Source of the DNA: Eutreptiella sp. 'Long Island Sound 2002'
Taxonomy: Eukaryota; Protista; Euglenida
NCBI GenBank assembly: GCA_964036045.1
Contig: OZ038378.1
Location: forward strand, 200,074,001 to 200,138,000
Reading direction: 5' to 3'
DNA: 64,000 bases
Shown piece by piece: positions 28,301 to 39,782 of this stretch (its first letter is position 1; the number at the start of each line of letters is the position of its first letter). The notes under the pieces were generated by a model. That model saw only the letters and a list, made by a program, of their open reading frames with translations, searched no databases and was not told where the DNA came from. The position numbers and the translations under genes were made by a program.

Positions 28301-31300
28301 ATCAGATGATAAGGCGCAAGCACCTCACTGCTGATTTTGTCCCCTGCTTCGAAGCAAATGGGGAATCGCAAGACGGCAAGCGTTATGTAGCCATCGCGCC
28401 CACTTGTGGGCCACTGCTGATTTTGTCCCCTCCATAGTAAACCATGCCGTGCCGTGCCAGCCATGCCTTGCCTTGCACCATCACGCGCTGTTGGGCATTC
28501 GCCAACCACCATCGGTCCAGCGTCCACGCCCGTCCAGACTCCTCCTGCTGGTCGAGCGGCTCCGGCACCCCGGCTCCAACAGCCAAGGCCCCAGGTCCAG
28601 ACACTTGGTCGGGCACATCTACTCCACCAGCGCCAGGAATAACGCTGAAGGCCCTGAAAACTGTACAAAGCTTCCCAGAGGTATTGGAGTCGCGCCCGAG
28701 CTTTCGCCCCCCCCCCCGCCCGGCAACAACAGCTTCGCCGCCGGTTTTGCCTCTTGCGGGAGGGGGGGGGGGGGGGTCCCGACACCATCTCCAAACAAAA
28801 TAGCCGTATGGCACTTCTTCACTGTTGTTCTCAAGTGCACAAGACGATGTTCCATGTGCCAAACCACAACTTAAAATTGTCTCAAGGATTGCTACGCATA
28901 GCGACTGTTTGTCCGCCTGCGGGTCCCCCATGTGCACTGTTGTACGTCTCATCTCGTCTCTGCCATAACGCTGTTGCACTGTGCCGTCCTCCCAGGCCAC
29001 TGTCACTGATCTGCCAAAGCGTCGTGGCTTTTTAGGGGGCCTCCTCGGCCTCCCATTCCGCGTTGCGACCCAATTCATTGGCCAGAAGCGATCCCGAGTC
29101 GAATTTGAAGATGCCGCGTAGTCTTCGGCCACAAGTCGCCGGCAAACCCCCGGCAGCCCCGCATTTCTGAGCGACAGAGAGCCGTCAGTCAGCATCCTCA
29201 CTTACAACCGATGCCCGAGGGTAACCGATGGAATTGGCACCCAACCAACGGCCGGGAGATGGGGGGGGGGGGGGGTGGCTTTTGTGTGACGACTGTGTAG
29301 ATGGCGAGGCCATCCCCCACCCACCGCATTGCAAACGCCATCGGCTGCAGACTGCTGGGCCGCCGCCAACAGTCCGCGCCGGTTGGCTCAACCACCCCCA
29401 CCCCCAACGCCTAGTTTTCCAGATGGCTGTGGTCTCTGCTCATGTCTGAGCTGGGTACCTTGTCCTCATGGCGTTTTGCCCCATCCGCACCCTTTCCCTT
29501 TCCACACACTGTTATGGCTTCGCCCCGCAAAACGGCCTGTCCAAGTTGGCCGAAATTACCAGACTGGTCCTTGGATCCCCTTTCTCCCAGAGCCATTCCA
29601 CTTTTGGAGGGGTTGCTTCCAGTTGTCGATTTTGCATCAGGCCCCCCTGACTGCAGGTAGAGGTCGCGGAGAGGGTGGTCACTAGGGCTCGCAGCAGATG
29701 TAGGGCTGCATGGTTCTTGGCACAGTTCAAAGCTTATACAAGCTGCTCTGTCATCACAGTCGAAGCTGCCCCCTCATCAACCTTGGTTTTCAGGTGTCGT
29801 GGTGTTATGATGTCAATGTCTGCACCCTTCGCCCCGCATCCTTCTGAAGCGGTTGCTCAGGGCCTGGTGTTGATCTACCGGTCTTACTGACACTCCCTTC
29901 CTTTACTTTGGTCAGGGTGTGCCAATGGAGCCCAGGCACTGTCCCTGTTTCACTGTGTCGGGTCCATACAGAGGAGGGCATTGGCCAGTTGCGTCCAGGC
30001 AGACCCTTCATGACGGCGGTGGGGAAGCCCTCCCCAACAGCGGCTGTTGGGCCCTGGGATGTCCACTTGCGGGGTCACTTCCCTGACGGGGGCAAGAACA
30101 ACCTTCAACCTTGTTCCTGTGCTCCGTCCTCCGTGTGGCAATCGTATCATGTTTCCCCCCAACCCCCGCCCCATCCCCCTCTATTCAAAGTGTGTTTCCA
30201 GCGTGTCCATCGCCTTAGGCATGTACGCCACCTGGGGCAATGGATGGGGATGGGTGTTGTAGCAGGAGATGTGGGTTTGGCCACTTGGTTCTGCTGGCCC
30301 ACATATCCAAGCATGCGCCAGGAGGAAGTTCATGTTCAGACTGCTACTGTTACAGTGGTTCAAGCGGCAGTGGTGTATCTTGCTGCAGCGCCTGCTAGCG
30401 GCCAACGAGTCAAGACCACCGTTGTATGTGTCGCCAAAGGTGGTAGCGCACCAAGTCCGCGGATTTTGCACTTCGCCTCGGCGTTTTGCTGCTTCATCGC
30501 CCTGGGGCTGCTGTACCCGGGTGGGAATCCCAGGTCGAGATGTTCATCTCCTCCCTAGTCAAGGCACTTCACTGAAGGATTCACTTTTTGATCAGCCCTA
30601 TTTTTTTTGTTTTTTTTTTAATGCAAACCCACTTGTTCACACCAACAAGATGGACGGCCAAATCGATCAGCCCTAGCCCCTTTTACCTCCCTCAACCTTT
30701 GTGTTTGGGTATCCACCTGACGACAAATCCTCCTTGGCTTACGTTGTGCACCTCAATACCCCTATCTCCCTCTGACCCCTTTCTGCTGGCTTTGCCCAAG
30801 CCACTCGGCCAAGTCTTCAAGCTGCCCGCCCTCTTTACGTTGTGGACATCCCAATGAATACATATGCGTCCCCGCTGCTGGGTGGTCTTACGTCCATCCC
30901 CTCCTCATTTTTTCCTCTAGGATCTTGTCGCCCTGGATTGTGCACGTGTCGTGTGCGCCACCTGAATTTTTCCTTGAAAAGCAAACTGCATGCCCTCCAC
31001 GCATGTGTTCCCGAGGAGGCACGCCGTTGCCGTTGTTGTGCCCCCCGTGTTTGCCTCTCCCCTCCCTCTTTCGTCCGCCCCAGCCATGGTTCCTTGTGGG
31101 GGGAGGGGGGCCGGGGGTTAGGGCGGGCAGCCCATTGCACAGAATGTGCAAATCCAGTTGCGCCAGAACTTTCTCAGGGAACCAATTTGAGGTTTTCGTG
31201 GGCGGCAGAAAGGGGTTTTGTGGCGCTTTGTGCAGCAGAGGAGTGCAAATTGACGGACCATGATTTGGAAGAGGAAGTTGGCGGAGGATGCAGGACCAAA

Positions 31301-32670
31301 AAGGGGGGCAAGATGAGCTTCGGTCTGACTTCCGGGATTCAAGTGTCCACAAAGCGCGCCTACATCCAGATGACAAACGGGAAACAGAAACAAGCGGAAA
31401 AGACCTTTGCCAGAGAAAAGGTAACCGGGAGAGCCAAGACGAAGCCCAGGACCTGCGGCGTTCAGTATTGTTGTGTACCCTGTCGCCGCACTCTCCCTTT
31501 ACTTTTGGGCGCGCCGGCTCGCTTCAGCGGGCCACACCCCCCGAAAATAGCACTGTGCTCACAGAGTCTCCCCCCCTCCGCTGCCACTTTGTGCAAAGCG
31601 CGGTAAACCGAAGGTTGCGGAAGCCGCATGTCGTGCGGCTTTCGGGTTGTGCACGGAGGCCGGGGCTGGGGGTTGTTGGTGACAGGCATCTTAACAGGCG
31701 CCCCCAGCCCCCGCACTAAGCTTTGGTGTCCTGCCCTCGTCCTGGACATGCTCATCATTTTAGCACGCAAAGCACAACCAGTGGCACCAAGACTGATGGG
31801 GGCCGGCTGCCGTTGCACTCAAGGGTTAGGAATCCTGGAGCACGGGGACAAAAGCACCAAGCGCTCTAAGGCCACTGCGTCTGAAAGCCCTCTCCTTTGT
31901 TCTACGGATGTGCCTCCATTGCATGACAAGGGGCCCACAGGCGGGCTGTGTTGAATGCAAAAGGAAAAACCTGTCGGCCTCCGAGCTCAAGTCGACATAC
32001 TGACTCTGCTGTTTTGTCTTCTTTGCCCTGTCTTCTTCTTCGACAACTGCATTGAATTGGTTTGTCATGTTGTACATGGGCTGGAAGCTTGCAATACACC
32101 ACACAGCGTTGGTTTTCGATGCTATCAACGCCATCTGTGGTTTAGTAATGGCAGTGATGGTGGTGGTGGTGCTGATGGTAGTTGTGGTGGTAGTAGGAGT
32201 AGGAGTGGTAGTAGCAGGAGTGGCAGTGATTCCGCTTGCAAAGCAAATATGCTGACGTGTTTATGAATACGGATGCGAGGGGTGCAATGTCTTCCTGAGA
32301 AGAACAGGCCAGGGTGCCTTCTTGCCACTTAGAGCCTTGATGCTTGGCATCAAGCCTTCGATTGAGAACTGTACATAAAACCTGTTGAGAATGTGAATAC
32401 TTCCTCTTGTACAGCGCAATGCACCGCAGATGGGTGACTCTACTGTTGTTAGTCTTTTTAGCACTCGTTTTGCTGCGCGCGTGTCACGGACAACCATGCT
32501 CCGTCCAGGATGTCGAAGCGTTGCAGTGCCCCGCCTGTACCCATGTGCGCAACCCGTAGCTACCATCCGCGCAGATGGGGCACCCACATTCGCCAGCGAC
32601 GTTGAGGCTGCCAGCGCACAGCAGACTGGAAAGAACCAAGAGGCCCGGTCGCACATCGGCGGCCAAATGA
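25370..32670 (+). CDS. Gene 2: uncharacterised protein with an acidic 11-aa repeat. Exons: 25370-25792, 26072-26156, 27407-27847, 28538-28680, 29657-29793, 30340-30439, 30921-30945, 31236-31420, [32560-32670 tentative terminal exon]
   Basis: The ATG is preceded by a pyrimidine tract and AG (cccctcag at about 25348). All junctions are GT-AG and phase-consistent. Exon 3 encodes DLGDAADDGDDA repeats. The 25-nt exon and the terminal exon are less certain. Confidence 0.65.
26246..26562. mobile_element. hAT-like MITE
   Basis: TIR CAGGGTTTTTCTTA / TAAGAAAAACTCTG (13/14). The 8-bp flanks GCAGGGAC / CCAGGGGC match 6/8. CAGGG termini and 8-bp TSDs are typical of hAT elements. Confidence 0.65.
27645..27835 (+). 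repeat. Coding tandem repeat of 33/27-nt units (GATTTGGGCGATGCCGCGGACGACGGCGACGAC), about 6 units
   Basis: Unit lengths are multiples of 3, so the frame is preserved within gene 2 exon 3. Confidence 0.9.
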
Positions 32671-33888
32671 GGATGGCTTAACACGATGCCAATATCACGC
32701 ACAGCTATGGGACAGAGGGTCGTGGTGTACAAGCCACCTAAGGATTTCACGAGGAACATGCCAGGCACTTCATCGAAAAACTCCTAGGAAAAAACAATTC
32801 TGTGCCCTACAATTGTGGGACATGTGATGCGAATAGCAAAGGGCCGAGGGACGGGTTTGCCACCCCTATGCACACCAGCACAAGGGGAGGGACAAATTCC
32901 TCGCCCGTGTGCACAGCGGCACAAGGCGGAGGAATAGCTTCTCCGCCCTTGTGGGCCACTGGAGGACGGCATGGCGTGCCGCAATGGACGCCGGCGAGCG
33001 GCGGACCAAGGTTGGGCCATGGGCACGCATGGAGGGGCGGGGACTGAAGTTCATCAACCCCCAGCAGGTTCTATCCAAGGGAAGAGCCCACCTGCAGGCA
33101 TTGAGATCCCACACCAGGTCCTGCACCCAAGATGGTGGGACTTTGCCAGAGGTTCCGAACGACCCCCTTCCACCTGTGCGGTGCATCGATCACATGCTGG
33201 ATTCTCTGGCATGCTGTGGGCTTCATCTCCTCAGCCCCCACGCCCAGACCCCATCCAGCACTTTTACGTCTTGACCAGATGAGCCAAAGGACACAGAGTC
33301 TCCCTTGAGTACTTGTTCGCAGCCCGGGATGTTGGAGCCTCAGCCTGTGGGTGGTCATATGACGGGTGGAGGGGGGAATGTGATGACACATTGTCTTTTA
33401 GGCGTATGCTGGGTTTTGCGGTCCAAAAGTGTGCATGGAGGTCGATTTGTGCAGAAGCGCCCAAGTGGTCCCGTACCCCTGGAGTACAACTTCCATCCAT
33501 TTTGGGAGCCCTCTATCAGTTGTTGCAAGTCATCACTGACATGATTCTACGACCTCGTACGGGGGGGCAGGCGGGTGGGACAGGAGGGGGTGCGCGACAT
33601 GGGCACCCAGCAGCGCCACCAGACAGGGGGAGGAGCAACACAGACACACAAAACGCGGGAGCCACACCAAGGGGGACAAGGGCAGGCACACCAGACAAGG
33701 AGGAGGGGCGCAGCAAGGCGGGAGAGGTTACCAGAACGGCGGGAACAGGGAACCAGAATGGAGCAAATGGTGGAGCGTGCGCATGGGAGGCAGCGACAAT
33801 AAAGGGGATGGCTTGGCCAGCCAACCCCGTCGCTACCGGGTGCCAGGGCAACCCCTGCTGAACCGGCATCAGGTGGGGGGTGTCTCCC

Positions 33889-34333
33889 GCAGCCCAGATG
33901 GGCTGTTTGCGCAACAGGAGCGGGAGCCCATCAGGGGCAGACCAACCGTGAGGGGGAAAAGGACATATGGTGGACGGCCCGGACAGCGCGTGGAGGAACA
34001 GGGCACCTGGGCCGCACAGAAACACAGCGAGGCAGGCTATGGACGGCCTGTGGACAGAGGTGTGTGGACAGCAAAAACAGTCAAACGACCCCGGCAACAA
34101 CCAGCACATCCTCAATACGCCAATTATTGGGCGCCGCTGACACGCAAACGGCACACCATGCCACATTCAGCACAGTCCCAACACGCCAACTACTGGGCTC
34201 CGCGAACGCGGAAACGACACCAGTAAGAGCACCGGCCACAGCGGCCGACAGAAAGTAGCGACCCGACGCAACATGCGAAGGGAAGAACGGGTGACTGTCC
34301 AGGGCCCCGTAAACCAGATGGAATGTCACACAG
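33889..34333 (+). repeat. Dispersed ~450-bp repeat family B, copy 1; further copies at 37085-37543 and 39379-39640 (partial)
   Basis: Near-identical sequence (GCAGCCCAGATGGGCTG...GGAATGTCACACAGGGGG) in three same-orientation copies. No TIR seen. Confidence 0.9.
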
Positions 34334-34673
34334 GGGGGGGGCATCAAGTAAATCTGCTTGTTCAGGAAGTGGGTCACATGAGAGACTGATTTCTACCCAT
34401 CCAGTGTTGTTCTTTCTCCACCCCCCTTTCCTAAATCCCGCCTGTGGGAGGGGGGGGGGGGCATGAGGAACGATCCCAGCTGAGGTAGCCACCACGTGTC
34501 CAGGGCAGGCTGGGTGTTCCTCACCGGATCTTCGGTCTTTGGACGCCCCTAGAGGAGGCGCACCGTGCGCTGTGCCTGCGCTGTGCATAGGCTATTTTCG
34601 ACCCGTTTACCCCGATGGCCCAGGTGACCGCGCTAACTACTGTGTTCCCATATGCAGGACTGCTCACATTCTT

Positions 34674-35064
34674 CCCCCCCCCTTGTATAAGCTACGCCCG
34701 TGTCCAAGCTACAGTAGGCGTAGGGACCGTATTGATTTGGGACCTAATTTTAATTCGGTACCAAACGTAGTGCAGCCACATAAGACATGGGTTTGGTGAC
34801 GGATTTGCGAGTCGCATAGAGTCATGGACACATTTGTTGTGAGTGTTTGCCCACTTGACCCAGATAGCTCTGATTTTGGGGATGTTTGTGCATTATATGC
34901 CCCTTTCTTGCACCAGCTCACCATACAATCCTCTCTTTTTGAACGTGGGTGCCCGGTGTTGGTAGTTGTATGTGTCGCGCGCAAGCTACGCCCGTGTCCA
35001 AGCTACAGTAGGCGTAGGGACCGTATTAATTTGGGACTTTGGCGTAGCTTATACAAGGGGGGGG
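34674..35064. mobile_element. MITE-like element with ~24-bp TIRs and an internal 45-bp direct repeat
   Basis: CCCCCCCCTTGTATAAGCTACGCC ... GGCGTAGCTTATACAAGGGGGGGG. Direct repeat at 34689-34733 and 34983-35027. A diverged relative lies at about 26826-26900. Confidence 0.75.
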
Positions 35065-35969
35065 CGGGGTACTCAGTCCCAAAACTCAGATGGCGAGCTA
35101 CAACAAACCATGTTTCGCGCTGAAAATGCCGGATTGCTGTCTGAAGCTGCTGTTTTGCCCCGTGGACGTATGCCTCCCCCGGTGGTAGGTGGTGTTCAGG
35201 GTGGTCACGGGAACGCTGGTTTACTATTGGGCGCTGTGCGCACGCTGCGCAGAAACGCCCCCAGGCGCCGCCTACTGACCGCCCCAACCCCCCCTGCAAT
35301 ACTTTGCGTGAGCGACGACAGACGGGAGGTAGCCCCGGGGCTTGTTCCGACAGCTGCCCTGAAGGCGGTGGTTGGGGAGAAGGGGGCCTCTTCAAGACTT
35401 TGGCCTGCACACGCACGGGGGCACTCCTTTGGAATGGATTGACCGCAGTACAAACCAATTGCCGGTGGGTGCACGTCTTGTCGAGGCACCGACATGACAA
35501 CCTGGACTCCCCGCAAAAGATCGGAGGGTCTGGGCCGAGCTTAGATCGTAAGACGCGTTTGGTACGGGAAGAACACGTACTGTGCCTTGTGTTTCTCGAC
35601 TCTTGGCGCCGTTGTGTACCGACCTTTGTGCGCCACTCTGCACCGCGGGGCTTTGGCAATACTGACACCGTTGGGCCCTGGGCATGCCCCGCCTCGTGGC
35701 TGCTTGGCCTTGGCAGATATTTCTATGTGAAGCCTGGCAGTGATGAAGAAGAGACAGACGAAGTCCGCGAAGTGGATGGCCCTGAGGGAAATTGGTGTGT
35801 CTGACTTGGAACCAGCCGCCCAGGAAGTGCATGCCCCCGCTTGCTCCTCCCCTGAAGAGCAGCCCCACTGTCGGTTCACCAGGGGCCATACAAACGCCAA
35901 GAACCCCCGCCAGTAGTAGACCATGCAAAGCCGACATAACTTGCGTGCTGAGTCTGTCAGGCGCGACTC

Positions 35970-38195
35970 GGGCGTTTCTGCTTGAGGCCGGTGGACAAGG
36001 TCCTGGGGACGGTGTTCCCCAGCCTGGGAAATGGAGCCCCCGGCGCCTGCCCCCTCCCCTGGGCAACAGCCCCTTGGAAAGGGGCCGGTCATGAGTGTTC
36101 CGTCCCAGCACGGCCGTGCCGCTTCAGCCGGTGCCCTTCTCGCCACCGTCGACTCGTCAGTGGTACGGGGGGGGGGGGGGGTTTGGCCCAAGGCCTCGGT
36201 ATTAAGTTGTACGGGGGGGGGGGTGGTCCTCCCGCCCTCTCTTGGGATGCCGCCGAGAGCCGGGCGGACGTGGCGACCAAAAGGCACATTCTGCGCACTG
36301 TCTCTCAGGCCTCCTTGATACGAACCCCACGTCGTCAGGCGCACCGACATGGGCTCCGTTTGAAAGGGCCCACACTTTGATGCCCCCCCCTCTGCAGTAG
36401 GCCACCGAGGCCTGGGGGACGGGCTGTGAGCCATCGAGGCATGGGGGAGGAGCTGTGGGGGACCCTTTGACAAGATGCATATCGCTTGACCAGGGGGCTT
36501 ACCTCACACGCCCTCGACGGGGGCTTGTCTTGCTCTGACCAGCGCAGCGCCTGCCTCAATGGGCTCCTTGACAAGAGGCCAGTTCTGGAGCACGCACAAA
36601 CAAGTGCAGCATCCCTTGACGATGGGCCACGGGGGGGCCGTCTCCTCAGTTCGGGTACGCGACCCCCCCCCCCCTCCCTGCCCTCCGGGCCCACTTAGTT
36701 ACCAAGGGTACCAAGGGTACGCGGAACCCCCCCCCCCCCCCCGAGCTAACCACCAAGGCCTTGTGCCACCGCCCCCCCCCCCACCACCACCCCAAATTGC
36801 CCCACCTGGACCCCCCCCCCCACCCGACCCTCCCGACCCCCCCCCATCGCTCCTCCCTGAACCCCCCCCCCCCCCCCCCCCCAGGGGCCTTCGGCCCACT
36901 TCTACTGGGGGGGGGGAGTCGCGTACAAAATCGAGGAGACGGCCCCCCCGTGTGATGGGCATATCTCAGAGCACCCTTCGACAAGAAGCCTGTCGCGGAG
37001 GACGCCATGAGAAGAGGCCTGATGCGATCAATGCTTTGACGAGGGGCTGATCTTGGAGGGACCCTCTGGGGAGGGGGGGGGGGCGCAGCCCAGATGGGCT
37101 GTTTGCGCAACAGGAGCGGGAGCCCATCAGGGGCAGACCAACCGTGAGGGGGAAAAGGACATATGGTGGACGGCCCGGACAGCGCGTGGAGGAACAGGGC
37201 ACCTGGGCCGCACAGAAACACAGCGAGGCAGGCTATGGACGGCCTGTGGACAGAGGTGTGTGGACAGCAAAAACAGTCAAAAGACCCCGGCAACAACCAG
37301 CACATCCGCAATACGCCAATTATTGGGCGCCGCTGACACGCAAACGGCACACCATGCCGCATTCAGCACAGCCCCAACACACCAACTACTGGGCTCCGCG
37401 GACACGGAAACGACACCAGCAAGAGCACTGGCCGCAGCGGCCGACACAAAGCAGCGACCCGACGCAACATGCGAAGGGAAGAACGGGTGACCGTCCAGGG
37501 CCCCGTAAAGGAGCAACAACCAGACGGAATGTCACACAGGGGGCTTGCAAAGGGCTTGTCTTGTTGGAGAGGAACCGCCGAGAAGAGGCTCCTCTTGAGG
37601 ACCTGCCGCGAAGGCCGTGGGCCCTTTCAAACGGAGCCCGTGTCGGTGCGCCTGACGACGTGGGGTTCGTGTCAAGGAGGCCTGAGAGACAGTGCGCAGG
37701 ATGTGCCTTTTGGTCGCCACGTCCGCCCGGCTCTCGGCGGCATCCCAAGAGAGGGCGGGGCTGGCGGGGCGGGCGGGCGGGGCGGGCGGGGGCAGGCGGC
37801 GCGGGCGGCGCGGGCGGGGGGGGCAGGCGGCGCGGGCGGCGCGGGCGGCGCGGGCGGCGCGGGTGGGCGGGGCGGGCAGGGCGGGCAGGCGGGGCGGGCG
37901 GGGCGGGCGGGCGGGCGGGCGGGCGTGGGGGAGGACCACCCCCCCCCCCCCCCCCGTACAACCGAATACCGAGGCCTTGGGCCAAACCCCCCCCCCCCGT
38001 ACCACTGACGAGTCGACGGTGGCGAGAAGGGCACCGGCTGAAGCGGCACGGCCGTGCTGGGACGGAACGCTCATGACCGGCCCCTTTCCAAGTGGCTGTT
38101 GCCCAGGGGAGGGGGCAGGCGCCGGGGGCTCCATTTCCCAGGCTGGGGAACACCGTCCCCAGGACCTTGTCCACCGGCCTTAAGCAGAAACGCCC
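35970..38195. mobile_element. Non-autonomous foldback-type element with ~400-bp inverted arms (35970-36373 and 37617-38195)
   Basis: The arms are reverse complements apart from scattered substitutions and a ~175-bp GC-rich insertion in the right arm. Termini GGGCGTTTCTGC / GCAGAAACGCCC, with TC on both flanks. Confidence 0.85.
37085..37543 (+). repeat. Repeat family B, copy 2, nested in the spacer of the foldback element
   Basis: Near-identical to 33889-34333. Confidence 0.9.
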
Positions 38196-39378
38196 TCGTT
38201 GCAGTGCACCCTACCCCCACGGATGCATTAGAAGGGAAGGGATTTCAGAGGGCGGTTAGACAGGTGGGTGGGGGGGGGGTTGCCAAAGCGGTTGGGGGCG
38301 GCTACTGTCGGTTACAAATTCTATTGAAGCCGGCACTTGCCGTCAGGGAGACAGTGGCTGGGCATAGGCTGGGCGCCCTGGAGCGAGATGTGGTGTCCGT
38401 GTTGTTGCGTCAGGGGAAGGCTTTGCCTCCATCCCGTTCCCAGTCACCCCTTCCCTCTTCGCTTGGGTTCCACCCACCCTCAGCAGTCTGCATCTCAAGC
38501 CAACCAAACCGCTGCAGAAGGGGTGTGAGTGAGAGGGTGGCATTATGGGAAAGGATGGAGGCGGTGTGAGAAGCACCTCCACGGGACTCCCTTTGCTTAA
38601 GTGGCCTGAGACCTGCCATATTTCTCCAGTGGTCTCGTTCTTCCTGGAGACTCGGTGCACGGGGGTGTGCGCTGTGCAGAAATTCAGAAAATTGTGGGAA
38701 TAGTTCTTTGCATGGCTGCGGGTGAAGGAAGGGCCCTGAAAACGGTTGTGACACGCCGCTGCGGGAGGCGCTGGGGCATTGGGCAGGTTTTATTTCATGC
38801 GGAGTGGGAACAAAGGGCCTTTGGGAGAGTCTACGGGATGCTGCACGCATCAGTTTCATTTCCCCTCAGCCAAGGTCTGGATCGCAATGGTCGTGTGGGT
38901 GGGTCGAAGCAGGGACCCTTCCCCTGCGGACTGATAAGGCCACCAGAATGTGGCACACCGTGTTGGGCACAGGTCCACCAGCCCTGGGGGGACAGCACGA
39001 GCTGCACGGATGCATGACCGCGGTTTCGCTTCCCTGGCCACGATGCAACTCAGCGGTGGTGCGTACGATGTGACCAGGGGAAAGACGGCGGAGGGACGGG
39101 GGAAGGAGGCAGGTCAGGATGGAGGGGGAGGGGGCGCCACCAGACTGACAACGCGGGGCGGGTGAGCGAACGAGCTTCGCGTTGCACACGGACTTGTCAG
39201 TGAGAAGCGGTGCGCGCCCATTTTCCCCGTTGCCTGGGGCTGAGTGTCAATGGGTGGGCACTTGTCTTGAGGACCTGGAGACACCGGCTCGTGCCATCCC
39301 CCACCCCACCCCACCCCAGGGGCCCCTACAGCGCACTTGTTTGCTGCCACGGGGCGGGGGGGGGGGGGGGGGCTAGGG

Positions 39379-39640
39379 CAAACGACCCCGGCAACAACCA
39401 GCACATCCTCAATACGCCAATTATTGGGCGCCGCTGACACGCAAACGGCACACCATGCCACATTCAGCACAGCCCCAACACACCAGCTACTGGGCTCCGC
39501 GAACGCGGAAACGACACCAGCAAGAGCACCGGCCGCAGCGGCCGACAGAAAGTAGCGACCCGACGCAACATGCGAAGGGAAGAACGGGTGACCGTCCAGG
39601 GCCCCGTAAAGGAGCAACAACCAGACGGAATGTCACAGAG
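39379..39640 (+). repeat. Repeat family B, copy 3 (5'-truncated)
   Basis: Matches the 3' half of copies 1 and 2. Confidence 0.88.
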
Positions 39641-39782
39641 GGCGGGGGGGGGCTAGGGGGGCGGTGGTGCCGTGGTCCTGGTTCCGTGTGGCTTCTCTCT
39701 GGGAACCGCAAACCCGGAGAGAAGATGGAGACTTTTTGTGTGTCGTTCTCCCCATTGCCCCAAATTGTTGTTGCCTCTTCAG

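Noticed and set aside
37386-38183. Several Gly/Arg/Ala/Pro-rich ORFs
   Set aside because: They arise from the GC-rich repeat expansion and the inverted arm; there is no coding signature.
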